From: Gloeobacterales cyanobacterium
GTDB lineage: Bacteria; Cyanobacteriota; Cyanobacteriia; Gloeobacterales; PMM-0068
Length of the DNA: 64,000 nt
Direction: 5' to 3'
NCBI GenBank assembly: GCA_038245785.1
Contig: JBBRSB010000001.1
Coordinates: 64,001 to 128,000 of the forward strand
Below are positions 1 through 9,139 of the stretch, piece after piece; within the stretch, counting starts at the first letter, position 1; the number at the start of each line of letters is the position of its first letter. Below the pieces are notes generated by a model that saw nothing but the letters and a program-made list of their open reading frames with translations, ran no database searches and had not been told where the DNA came from. A program made the position numbers and the translations under genes.

Positions 1-259
1 CAGCGGTTTCTTTATCTCAGCCTTTGGGGTCTCTTTACTTTTGTTGTACATTCTTCTCAGGCAGCAGGTGCTTCTCCCTGTCAGAAGAATTGCCTATCAA
101 GTCCAACAAATTAGCCGAGGTACCTCTAACCAGGAAATTCATGCTCCCTATAGTGGTGAATTGGGGGTTCTGGTCACTAGTTTTAACCGTATGAAACGCA
201 CGTTGGTTCAACCACCCGTTCAACCACCCCCACAAGTTCAAGAAAAAAATGTACCCTGA
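1..259 (+). CDS. HAMP-domain membrane protein, 3' part only (runs in from the window edge)
   Basis: Hydrophobic segment followed by HAMP-like VLLPVRRIAYQVQQISRG...ELGVLVTSFNRMKRTL, then a stop with no output domain. Confidence 0.7.
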   Translation, partial: SGFFISAFGVSLLLLYILLRQQVLLPVRRIAYQVQQISRGTSNQEIHAPYSGELGVLVTSFNRMKRTLVQPPVQPPPQVQEKNVP

Positions 260-348
260 GGTAAATCTTCCCCCCAGCGTTTTTTACCTTGTCTACCCTT
301 TTTGTTTATCTTTTTTCTTCTACTAAGTGAAATAGCGGAGCCATTCAG

Positions 349-1923
349 ATGACGATGCGACAGCCTACTAAATTGAAATGCCGCACCTGCGGTTTTGATG
401 GTAATCCGGCAGATGCCAAACGCTGTATGGTCTGTGATGAGAAGCTTGGGAAGACTTCAGCTCTGGATTTCGCAGTATCTCCCTTGGGGATTTTTGGGGC
501 TCTTGGCTTGGTTGCCTTAGGGGTATTTGGCTGGAGTAGTTTTTCTAGTCTGAATTCAAATGTCAGTACTCAAGTTCCTCTGGGAACGTTGCAAATTACG
601 AGTAGTGCCGATAGCTGGGCTGGTTACTTCTGGTTGCGTCAGGGAACGGATCCCCAAAGTGTTTTCGGGAAATTGCTGCAAAGTCAGGGACTTTCGCTGA
701 AGTATGAGGATGAGCCCGACCAGGCCAAACGGGCACAGAAGATGTCTGCAGGTTCCTATGATTTCGCCATGACAACAGCCGATCAGGTCCTAACCAATCC
801 TTTTGGGGCCAAGATCGTCTCCATGGTGGATGTTTCTGCGGGTGGTGATGCGGTCGTATTGCGTAAAGGGCTTAAGTCCCTTGACGACATCAAACCCGAC
901 ATGAAAGTCGCCTATGCCCGTGCTACGCCTAGCGAGACGCTATTACGAACCCTGGCACTCCGCTTTGAAGCCGTTGATCTCAAGCGTCTGCAAGCCGTCG
1001 AAGTGACGGTGGCGGACGAGGCATGGGCTCTGCTCAACGAGGGAAAAGTCGATGTAGCCGTACTTTGGCAGCCATTTACGGGCCTTGCCCGCCGCCAAGG
1101 TTATGCTGTGCCCTTGACGAGCGCTGATGCGAGAAATGTGATTCTGGACGTGCTGCTCGCTTCGAAGAAAACAGATCCCGTTGTTGTCCAAAAGTTTGTC
1201 TCGGCCTATTGTCAGGCGATGCAATTTTACGTCAGTCGGCCTGAAGAACTGCGTAAGGCTATAGGGGTGGATAGCAAGGCGAAAGACCAAGAGTTGGCTG
1301 ACTTGACTCAAGGTATCAACTTTGTGCCTTGTGAAGAATCTAATCGTCTCTGGTTCCAAAATGGTTTATTCGACCAGCGGAAGCTTGTGATTGCAGAGAT
1401 TGTTGGGGCGAATGGCAAACAGGACTTGCTGGACCCACAGCCGCTCCTGGTCCATACGAAGGCCGATGAACAGCGCCGAGGAGCCATTGCTTCGCTCGAC
1501 CCCAGTCTGGTTGCCCCTCCAAAATCCACACAGACAGCTGATACGTTTACGCCTTTACCTGGAAAGGAAGCCACTACCCGTCCAGTTGTCGGTTCTCTGC
1601 GTATTGATAAAGTCAAGTTCGCCAAGGACTCTGCAACGCTGACCCCAGAAAGCGTGAAAGTTCTGGAGCGTTTCCGGGCCACTCTGAACGATTTCCCTGG
1701 GCTTAGAGTTCTAGTTGCGGGTCACACTTCTAGCTTTGGAGACCCCGGATTCAATAAGACTCTTTCCCAAGCAAGAGCCGATGCCGTAGTCAACTTTTTC
1801 GTGAGTAAGGGCTATCCTCGCGCTCGCTTCAATAGCGTGGGCTACGGTTCCAGCCAGCCTTTACCCAATACTCCTCCCAAATCTACGGTGAACCAGCGCA
1901 CAGAAGTCAAGTTGATTCGATAG
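349..1923 (+). CDS. Zinc-ribbon / TM / NMT1-like substrate-binding / OmpA-like peptidoglycan-binding multidomain protein
   Basis: CRTCG..CMVC, one TM, binding-protein motifs (DVSAGGDAVV, DVAVLWQP), OmpA motifs GHTS, LSQARADAV and NQRTEV. Confidence 0.8.
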   Translation: MTMRQPTKLKCRTCGFDGNPADAKRCMVCDEKLGKTSALDFAVSPLGIFGALGLVALGVFGWSSFSSLNSNVSTQVPLGTLQITSSADSWAGYFWLRQGTDPQSVFGKLLQSQGLSLKYEDEPDQAKRAQKMSAGSYDFAMTTADQVLTNPFGAKIVSMVDVSAGGDAVVLRKGLKSLDDIKPDMKVAYARATPSETLLRTLALRFEAVDLKRLQAVEVTVADEAWALLNEGKVDVAVLWQPFTGLARRQGYAVPLTSADARNVILDVLLASKKTDPVVVQKFVSAYCQAMQFYVSRPEELRKAIGVDSKAKDQELADLTQGINFVPCEESNRLWFQNGLFDQRKLVIAEIVGANGKQDLLDPQPLLVHTKADEQRRGAIASLDPSLVAPPKSTQTADTFTPLPGKEATTRPVVGSLRIDKVKFAKDSATLTPESVKVLERFRATLNDFPGLRVLVAGHTSSFGDPGFNKTLSQARADAVVNFFVSKGYPRARFNSVGYGSSQPLPNTPPKSTVNQRTEVKLIR

Positions 1924-1933
1924 AGACTCTACC

Positions 1934-3214
1934 TCAACCATCGCCAAGCACCCGCAAGGCTAAATCAACAGAGGCGATAGAACTGAGCTTCTGTATCTTT
2001 TGAATAGCTTCATTAAAACGTTTGGTCTTGACTTTATGGATGATAATAACCAATTCAGCCAGTTGGTCTGGGCCGTGAACGGCCTTTTGCACAATAGATT
2101 CTAGACTGACCCCTGCATCGCCAAAGGCCTGCCCTAATTGGCCGATCACACCAGGGTGATCCTTGGCTTTAAGTCGACAGTAAAAACGGGTTTCCACTTC
2201 ATCAATCGGCAGCAGTGGATAGGTTTCGGTGAAACCCCCATCCATAGGATTATTGGGGAAGGTCAAGATATTGATTAGATCGGCCACGACAGCACTGGCT
2301 GTGGGGCCTGAGCCTGCTCCCGGTCCATAGAACATAATCTGCCCTAAAGGATCAGACTCCAGCATTACGGCATTAAAGGCATTGTCCACTTTGCTCAAGG
2401 GATGAGCATGGGGGACCAGGGCTGGATGGACACGCAGATCTAGAAGCCCTTCTCGGGTGCGGTTCGCCACGGCCACCAATTTGATTGCGTAGCCTAGTTC
2501 AGCGGCATAGCGAATATCAACATCGGTAACACCCGTGATCCCTTTGCGAGGAATAGACTCCAGCGGAATCAGCTGGTTGCGGAAGATGATGCTGGCTAGA
2601 ATCGCTAGCTTTTCTTGGGCATCGTAGCCTTCCACATCGGCGGCAGGATTGGCTTCGGCATAGCCCAATTGTTGCGCTTCTGCTAGCACAGAGGCATAGG
2701 AGCGTCCCTCCTGAGTCATTTTGGTCAGGATGTAATTGGTAGTGCCATTGACAATGCCCAAAAGGGAAGAAACCCGATTGGCTCCTAGACATTGATGCAG
2801 CGGTTGAATCAAGGGGATGCCACCGCCGACTGCGGCCTCATAGCGCAGGTGAACGCCCTGGCTCTGGGCCAAAGCTAAAAGTTCAGTCCCATGACGAGCC
2901 ATCAGGGCTTTATTGGCAGTGACTACATGCTTGCCTGCCTTTAAAGCGGCTCGGATGAGCCTGAGAGGGATGTCTACGGTCCCCACCACTTCGATGACCA
3001 CTTCCACCTTCGGGTCTTGCACCAAAGCGAAGCTATCTTCCGTCAGCAGGGCAGGAGCAACTTTTGAATCAGAACGGGGTTTCGTTTTGGAATGAACCCC
3101 GACCCCAATTAAATTGACTTGTTTCAAGAGCGGGTCGCGGCCTTCGGGGTCCTGAAGAATATTGACTACCCCAGAGCCAACCGTACCTAAGCCCAGTAGC
3201 GCAACATTCACCAC
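1934..3214 (-). CDS. hom: Homoserine dehydrogenase with C-terminal ACT domain
   Basis: GLGTVGSG, VVTANKA, EAAVGGGIP, NGTTNYIL, GPGAG. Confidence 0.95.
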   Translation of the reverse strand: MVNVALLGLGTVGSGVVNILQDPEGRDPLLKQVNLIGVGVHSKTKPRSDSKVAPALLTEDSFALVQDPKVEVVIEVVGTVDIPLRLIRAALKAGKHVVTANKALMARHGTELLALAQSQGVHLRYEAAVGGGIPLIQPLHQCLGANRVSSLLGIVNGTTNYILTKMTQEGRSYASVLAEAQQLGYAEANPAADVEGYDAQEKLAILASIIFRNQLIPLESIPRKGITGVTDVDIRYAAELGYAIKLVAVANRTREGLLDLRVHPALVPHAHPLSKVDNAFNAVMLESDPLGQIMFYGPGAGSGPTASAVVADLINILTFPNNPMDGGFTETYPLLPIDEVETRFYCRLKAKDHPGVIGQLGQAFGDAGVSLESIVQKAVHGPDQLAELVIIIHKVKTKRFNEAIQKIQKLSSIASVDLALRVLGDG

Positions 3215-3235
3215 GATGAAACCTGTAGATGGGGG

Positions 3236-4066
3236 TTACTTAACCGGACGGGTAGTCCGCTGGACATTGGTCGCTAATCCTAGTTTCTCTAAGATCCAAA
3301 TTACCCAAAAGGTCACATCTATCTCCCACCACATTACTCCAGCCTGCGCAGAGCGTGCCTGCGCATGGTGGTTGTTGTGCCAGCCTTCGCCGTAAGTCAG
3401 CAAAGCCACCCACCAGAGATTTTTGGAATTATCTTTGCTCTTGTAGTTCTCATAGCCCCAAAGATGGGTCGCAGAGTTCACCAGCCAGGTGGTATGCCAG
3501 ACAAAGAGGATACGCATGAAGATGCCCCACACCACAAAAGACCAACCGCCAATCGCATAGAGTAAGAAGCCTAAAGCGATGGTAGGCAAGAGGAAGTAGC
3601 GGTCTAGAAAACGATGAACGGGGTCCTTTGCCATATCGGGGACATTGCGAGAATAGTTCTCGAAGCCATCCCATTCTGGATAGGAGTAGAGCATCCAGCC
3701 CATGTGTGCCCATAGAAATCCCTGGTTGGAATCGTGGGGGTCTTTGGCGGTGTCAGAGTAGGCGTGGTGACGGCGATGCCAGGAAGCCCAAAAAATAGGA
3801 CCTCCTTCTACATTCAAGGTGCCGATGAAGGCCAATAAGTATTCAAGAGGTTTAGGTACGGAGAAACTGCGATGGGTTAAAAGTCGGTGATAGGCCAAGG
3901 TGACGCCCAAGCAACCACAAAACCAGTGGAGAAAAAACATCAGGCCCAGAGCAGACCAAGAAAAAGTAAAGGGGGCAAACAGGGCGCCTGCGTGAATCAG
4001 GAGAAAGAATCCAGCAGTTGTCCAGTTAAATGAGCGCTCAGGGGTCCCCAAAGTTGCTTGCGTCAC
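3236..4066 (-). CDS. desC: Delta-9 acyl-lipid desaturase (GTG start at 4066 preferred)
   Basis: Three His boxes: HRLLTH, HRRHH, GEGWHNNHH. Confidence 0.9.
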   Translation of the reverse strand: MTQATLGTPERSFNWTTAGFFLLIHAGALFAPFTFSWSALGLMFFLHWFCGCLGVTLAYHRLLTHRSFSVPKPLEYLLAFIGTLNVEGGPIFWASWHRRHHAYSDTAKDPHDSNQGFLWAHMGWMLYSYPEWDGFENYSRNVPDMAKDPVHRFLDRYFLLPTIALGFLLYAIGGWSFVVWGIFMRILFVWHTTWLVNSATHLWGYENYKSKDNSKNLWWVALLTYGEGWHNNHHAQARSAQAGVMWWEIDVTFWVIWILEKLGLATNVQRTTRPVK

Positions 4067-4206
4067 ATGATCTCTCACAACGTACTGTAACGATTTTTTC
4101 ACAAACTGAGGGATCTAGTGCATATTTCGCTTTCTTAACTTCGACCGCCCCTATCCGAATGGCTTTTGGTTCGATAGATATAATAGGCTCAACATGCGGA
4201 TTGGAT

Positions 4207-4749
4207 ATGTATCAGCCTGTGCACTACAACCCCATTTTCGGCCCTGAGATTTGCTGCCCCCACTGCCGCCAGACTATTCAGGCCCTGACCCTGACGGACA
4301 CGTACCTGTGCCCACGCCATGGTGCATTTGAGGCAGACCCCAAAACGGAGTGCCTGGTCCATCTGCAATCGGAGCGTTCCTGGCGGCTCTGGAATGGGGA
4401 GTGGTATCGTCAGCATACCCATCCCGATGGCATTCGCTTTGAAATTCATGAAGAGCTAGACCGTCTACACACCCAAGGCTATCGCGCCGTAAAGCTGGTC
4501 ATTGCTCGCCGCTATCGGGATTTGATCTGGAGCTACTTAGAGCGGGCTGGAGGGTGGCGCAAAGAAGAAAACGGCTATCGCCTCTATGGTCTGCCCGTTG
4601 AATTTAGTCCAGAGGAACCGGAAGAGGCTTCAGACTCAGGATCTTCGTCAGCAGAAAAAGAACATTCCCCCTGGCATGTGATCAACTTTGAGCTAGAAAA
4701 AGAACCCGGCCCGCCCCTGCGCTACCCCTATTTCCGTTTATTTGGTTGA
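4207..4749 (+). CDS. TIGR02652-family cyanobacterial conserved protein
   Basis: PIFGPEICCPHCRQTIQALTLTDTYLCPRHGAFEADP; start placed at the ATG at 4207. Confidence 0.85.
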   Translation: MYQPVHYNPIFGPEICCPHCRQTIQALTLTDTYLCPRHGAFEADPKTECLVHLQSERSWRLWNGEWYRQHTHPDGIRFEIHEELDRLHTQGYRAVKLVIARRYRDLIWSYLERAGGWRKEENGYRLYGLPVEFSPEEPEEASDSGSSSAEKEHSPWHVINFELEKEPGPPLRYPYFRLFG

Positions 4750-4752
4750 TTC

Positions 4753-5481
4753 ATGACTAGTGCAGAGAAGAATTATCCAGGCGAAGTTTTTGCCGATACC
4801 ACCGATTTTGACTCGGGGATCAGAGCCCTTATTCCTCACTACGATGAAATGCTCAATGTCATCGTGCAGGCGGTTCCTGCTGATACTCGGCAGATTTTGG
4901 AGTTGGGATGTGGCACGGGAGAATTGACCGTTAAAATCCTTCAGCGTTGTCCTGCCGCTCACGTCTATGCCGTTGACTATTCATCAAGGATGCTCCAGTT
5001 TGCCCAACACAAAATGGAACGCTTAGGATTTGCGGAACGGGTGTCCTGGATAGAAGCAGATTTTGGAAACTGGGCAGAGCATGGCTTGATGAAAGAAATA
5101 GAAGTTCCCTTAGACGCCTGCATCTCCTCGCTCGCGATTCATCATCTTTCAGACGAGCTGAAGCTGAAATTATTTCAACAGCTGCACCATAGCCTTAGGC
5201 AAGGGGGTTGTTTCTGGAATGCAGATCCCGTTTTATCAGCACCAGAGTCCTTGAGAGCGGTCTATGAAGAGGCAAGAACAGACTGGCTGCAAAAACAGAC
5301 TATCACTCCGGAAGAGATCCGGGCCAAGATGAACCGAGGCATCAGCCATGGTCACTCCAGTCATGACCATTTAGCTACGCTATCCATGCACCTGGATTTC
5401 TTGTCAAAAGCGCTGTTCAGCCCTGTCGATGTCTTGTGGAAATACTATGGCTTTGCCGTTTTTGGCGGCTATAAGTCTTGA
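4753..5481 (+). CDS. Class I SAM-dependent methyltransferase (CmoA-like)
   Basis: IPHYDEM, ILELGCGTG, SSLAIHHL. Confidence 0.9.
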   Translation: MTSAEKNYPGEVFADTTDFDSGIRALIPHYDEMLNVIVQAVPADTRQILELGCGTGELTVKILQRCPAAHVYAVDYSSRMLQFAQHKMERLGFAERVSWIEADFGNWAEHGLMKEIEVPLDACISSLAIHHLSDELKLKLFQQLHHSLRQGGCFWNADPVLSAPESLRAVYEEARTDWLQKQTITPEEIRAKMNRGISHGHSSHDHLATLSMHLDFLSKALFSPVDVLWKYYGFAVFGGYKS

Positions 5482-5535
5482 GAGGAACCCTCTACAGAAA
5501 AATCGTGCCAAGATGAAAAAAAGATTGGAGCTACT

Positions 5536-6228
5536 ATGACCATCCTCGTTGTGGGTGCCACAGGCAATACAGGAAGTCAAATCGTGCAAAAGCTCCAGCA
5601 GGCGGACCAAAAAGAGATTAGGGTCTTGGTTCGCTCTAGAGACAAAGTCCAACAGACGCTGGGGGGCCTGACAGACCTGGAAATTTTTGAAGGAGATGTC
5701 TTAAAAAAAGACTCTCTTGCTGCCGCCCTGTCAGGGACAAAAATAGTTTTTTGTGCGACGGGGACCCGCTCTGGTTTTGGCAATAACGGAGCTCAACAGG
5801 TGGACTACGAAGGGACGGTAAACCTGATCGACCAAGCGCGTCAGGCGGGAGTTGAGCACTTGATCTTGGTTTCTTCGCTATGCGTTTCTCGGATTCTTCA
5901 TCCTCTGAATCTGTTTGGGGGAGTGCTGTACTGGAAGAAGAAAGCAGAAGAGCACTTGATTCGGAGTGGACTCGCTTTCACGATTGTTCGCCCCGGTGGT
6001 CTGAAGGATGGAGCAGGCGGCCTGGAGATTGTAATCAGTCCTGCCGATACCCTGTTTGAAGGAACGATTGACCGCAGTGATGTGGCACGGGTCTGCGTGG
6101 AAGCCTCTCAAACGAACGATTCTCAGGACAAAATCATTGAAATAGTCAGCGGTCCTGGTCAAAGTCAAGCGTCCTTGGCTCAGCTATTCAAACAATTGCC
6201 TGTAGCTCGCGTACGGATGGCAGTTTAG
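5536..6228 (+). CDS. NAD(P)H-binding atypical SDR oxidoreductase
   Basis: GATGNTG, VDYEGT, TIVRPGGL. Confidence 0.9.
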   Translation: MTILVVGATGNTGSQIVQKLQQADQKEIRVLVRSRDKVQQTLGGLTDLEIFEGDVLKKDSLAAALSGTKIVFCATGTRSGFGNNGAQQVDYEGTVNLIDQARQAGVEHLILVSSLCVSRILHPLNLFGGVLYWKKKAEEHLIRSGLAFTIVRPGGLKDGAGGLEIVISPADTLFEGTIDRSDVARVCVEASQTNDSQDKIIEIVSGPGQSQASLAQLFKQLPVARVRMAV

Positions 6229-6375
6229 AGAGAAAACTGGCGCGACAGTTGTAGATTAGAATGGTTTACAAACTTAAGTACTTATTTGGAGTGAATCTCC
6301 CAGAACAGGGAACGTTTCTCCCTTTAGGCTGTCCATTCGTGTAACTCTGCCCACGCATCCTCTACCCCGGCGATT

Positions 6376-7050
6376 ATGTCTCTATATCTAGGTCAACTGG
6401 TATATACCCGCTTTCCAAGCGATGGGTACAAGGTCCTCACCAGTGCGGAGGTGCCTACAGAAGTGCGCATTGCTTTTACACAGCGTGCAACCAGATATTG
6501 GGATAACTACGAACCGCTGGAGCACGGATACCGCTGTGCCTATGTGCACCAAGTCTCTCGCGAGGGAACGATATTCGGTTGGTTCTATAACGATGGAGCT
6601 GATGAGCTAGGTCGGAACTTTATTCCTTATTTCATCTGCTACTATCTGCCTGGACGTCTGCAGCTATCCCAGTTGCAAAATATTTTCACCCTCCTGCACA
6701 AAGGGCCTTTAAAACTCATTGATCGGCAAGCTCCCCCAGAAGTACTAGAGACGCTAGACCCCCCAGATTTATGGAGTTATCAATCTGTACGGATCGGGGT
6801 TACAGTTCCGGCGAGAACCTGTGAAGAGAGTTATCGTTCTCTTTATCGAGGAGAAATGATTGATCTCTTCATTCCGGGCAACGAAGCCGACAAGCTATTG
6901 AAGTCACAGCAGAAGCAAGACATCGTCGCTATCGTCCCTACGGCAAAGACTCGTAAGCGCCGGCCCAGCAGGTTTCGGCAGCTCATGCAGTTTCTTATCC
7001 AAGATACACAAGACTGGTTTAAGAAGCTGGTGAGGTCTTGGGAGACTTGA
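6376..7050 (+). CDS. Hypothetical protein, paralog of the N-terminus of the next gene
   Basis: Shares GxLxYT, YRCAYxHQ, GWxYND, PYF and PDLWxYQS motifs with 7143..8444. Confidence 0.75.
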   Translation: MSLYLGQLVYTRFPSDGYKVLTSAEVPTEVRIAFTQRATRYWDNYEPLEHGYRCAYVHQVSREGTIFGWFYNDGADELGRNFIPYFICYYLPGRLQLSQLQNIFTLLHKGPLKLIDRQAPPEVLETLDPPDLWSYQSVRIGVTVPARTCEESYRSLYRGEMIDLFIPGNEADKLLKSQQKQDIVAIVPTAKTRKRRPSRFRQLMQFLIQDTQDWFKKLVRSWET

Positions 7051-7142
7051 GACCTACGTAGAAAGACGGAGATAGAAACTGGATACCTTTTTGTACGCTA
7101 AAGGGAAAGCTTTTTATTAAAATACGTGCTTATTAATTAGTT

Positions 7143-8444
7143 ATGTCATTAATTTTTGGCCACCTTATCTACACTAGCTTTCCGCAGGGAGGGCTCAGGC
7201 TACTCACGAGTGAAGGGGTCTCTCTGGATATCCGAGAAGTATTCATTGACCGTATGACGAAGCATTGGATAGCCCAGGGTCCGCCAAAGCCAGGATATCG
7301 CTGTGCCTACATACACCAAATCGCTGCTGAGAAGACGCTTTTGGGTTGGATATACAACGATGCCATCCAGGAAGATGCACGCAAGGGTCATGTTCCTTAC
7401 TTTATTGGCTATTTTCTGATAGGGCGCTTGAATCCAGCCAAGCTAAAAAATATCTTCGCCCTCCTAGAGCAAGGCCCCCCAAGCGATATAGACCGACAGA
7501 ATCCTCCTGAGCACCTAGAGCCTGTGGTTGCACCAGACCTATGGGACTATCAATCTAAGCGACCTGGAGTAGCACCCCCTCCTCAGATTTATGAACGGAG
7601 CTGTCGGACGCTCGAAAAGGGCGGACTGATCGACTATCTTCCCTTCATTTATGCTCCGGCTACAGATTTACCCTTGACGAACACAAAAGAGCAAGCACAG
7701 CAGCCTTCGGCCCCGGTCGCTAGTAACTTGGGGCAAGTCTCACGCAGTCTTCAGAACACTTTTCAAGATCTTCCTTGGAAGCCTCTGCTGGGCGTTGCCG
7801 CAGTCTGTGTAGCCGCCATCACAATCAGCTTATCGTTCATCTTTTCCCCTGCTTCCAACTCAGACTTGACGACTGCGAACTTTGCTCCAAACTTCAATGA
7901 GTCGAAGGATACGGCCTACGCAACAGATGGAGATCCCCGGTCTAAATTTTCTCCTGAGGCAATCACAGAGCAGTCGTTAGAATCAGCAAGACAGATAGCT
8001 GCGCAAACAGAAAAGCCCTTAGCATCGCAACGCACGAATAAACTTACTCAGAGTGTGGAAGCTAGGGCCAAAGAAAGGCTGGCTGAAGGAACAACGGCTT
8101 CCGGAGTGCCTAAAGCCCCCAAATTGAGTAAGAAATTGGCCGCCGCTCTAGAAAAGGAACCACCTCCTTTGTCTGCTCGAGAGAAAGCTCGGTTGAGTAC
8201 AAAATCAAAATTGAGAGCAAAGCGGACGATTGCACAGAACCCCGTCCTGAAGAACGACAGGTTGCGGTCTAAGCCTGCTTCGCAACCACCATCGACGGTG
8301 GTGATTGATAGTTCGCGAGAAGCACCCCTGAAAAGACCGGAACCTGCGCCCATCCCTTCAGCTTCTATTACCCCCTCTAGTACAGCTCCAGATTGCTATG
8401 GCACTGACAGGCAGAGTGCTCAGTGCCGAAACCGAAAAAACTAG
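7143..8444 (+). CDS. Hypothetical single-pass membrane protein with the shared N-terminal domain and a low-complexity tail
   Basis: Long ORF; TM segment LLGVAAVCVAAITISLSFIF; Lys/Pro/Ala-rich C-terminus. Confidence 0.75.
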   Translation: MSLIFGHLIYTSFPQGGLRLLTSEGVSLDIREVFIDRMTKHWIAQGPPKPGYRCAYIHQIAAEKTLLGWIYNDAIQEDARKGHVPYFIGYFLIGRLNPAKLKNIFALLEQGPPSDIDRQNPPEHLEPVVAPDLWDYQSKRPGVAPPPQIYERSCRTLEKGGLIDYLPFIYAPATDLPLTNTKEQAQQPSAPVASNLGQVSRSLQNTFQDLPWKPLLGVAAVCVAAITISLSFIFSPASNSDLTTANFAPNFNESKDTAYATDGDPRSKFSPEAITEQSLESARQIAAQTEKPLASQRTNKLTQSVEARAKERLAEGTTASGVPKAPKLSKKLAAALEKEPPPLSAREKARLSTKSKLRAKRTIAQNPVLKNDRLRSKPASQPPSTVVIDSSREAPLKRPEPAPIPSASITPSSTAPDCYGTDRQSAQCRNRKN

Positions 8445-8519
8445 GGTTGCAAAAAACAAGAGCTCGGATACTTGCCAAGCTCTTGTTCTTCAGGTCTATG
8501 TAGGGGGGGCCTGGTCTGA

Positions 8520-8999
8520 TTACTTTACTTCTTTACCTTCTGTAGGAAGGAGACGGTCGGGAGATTCAGGATCATAGGGCTGGATCCCTGTGAACTTGAG
8601 TCTGGCCGGGCTGGGATTGTTGCCAATCTTGCGGGGGACATAACCCACGGGTAAACGACCAGGATTGGATTTTTCAGAAGGGACACCGTCCATGGGGAAG
8701 ACCAGCTCATATTCATCATTGGGATACTGACGGTAGATCTTAGAATCCCGGATTTTAAAGCTGGCTACGAGTTGGCGGTGCAGAGCATGGCATTGCTCTT
8801 TGCGGGCTAGGTAGAGCACATTGGTGCCGGCAACCATGGTTGCTGCCCCTGCAGTGGGCATCTCAAAAACCTGCTCTTCTTTGCTATTCCAGACTATGAA
8901 ATATTTTTCTTCAGTCTCTGCAGCCCGGAGTAATCCTCCGGTACTACCACCGAAGATAGGGGTGCTGCCGTTAAAAGGCAATGCCTTGGCTTGGGTCAT
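8520..8999 (-). CDS. psaD: Photosystem I subunit II
   Basis: [30 protein letters not shown]. Confidence 0.97.
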   Translation of the reverse strand: MTQAKALPFNGSTPIFGGSTGGLLRAAETEEKYFIVWNSKEEQVFEMPTAGAATMVAGTNVLYLARKEQCHALHRQLVASFKIRDSKIYRQYPNDEYELVFPMDGVPSEKSNPGRLPVGYVPRKIGNNPSPARLKFTGIQPYDPESPDRLLPTEGKEVK

Positions 9000-9139
9000 A
9001 GGTCCAACCTCGATGACAAGATCTCTTTATGTATCGTACGGCGGTGTTGCCTAGGGGAAAGCTTTGTTCATGCTTGTTCACAAAAGGAAGCCTAAGCGTA
9101 GGGCAGTCCCCTATTTTTAGGGCCAGATCTGCTGAACAT

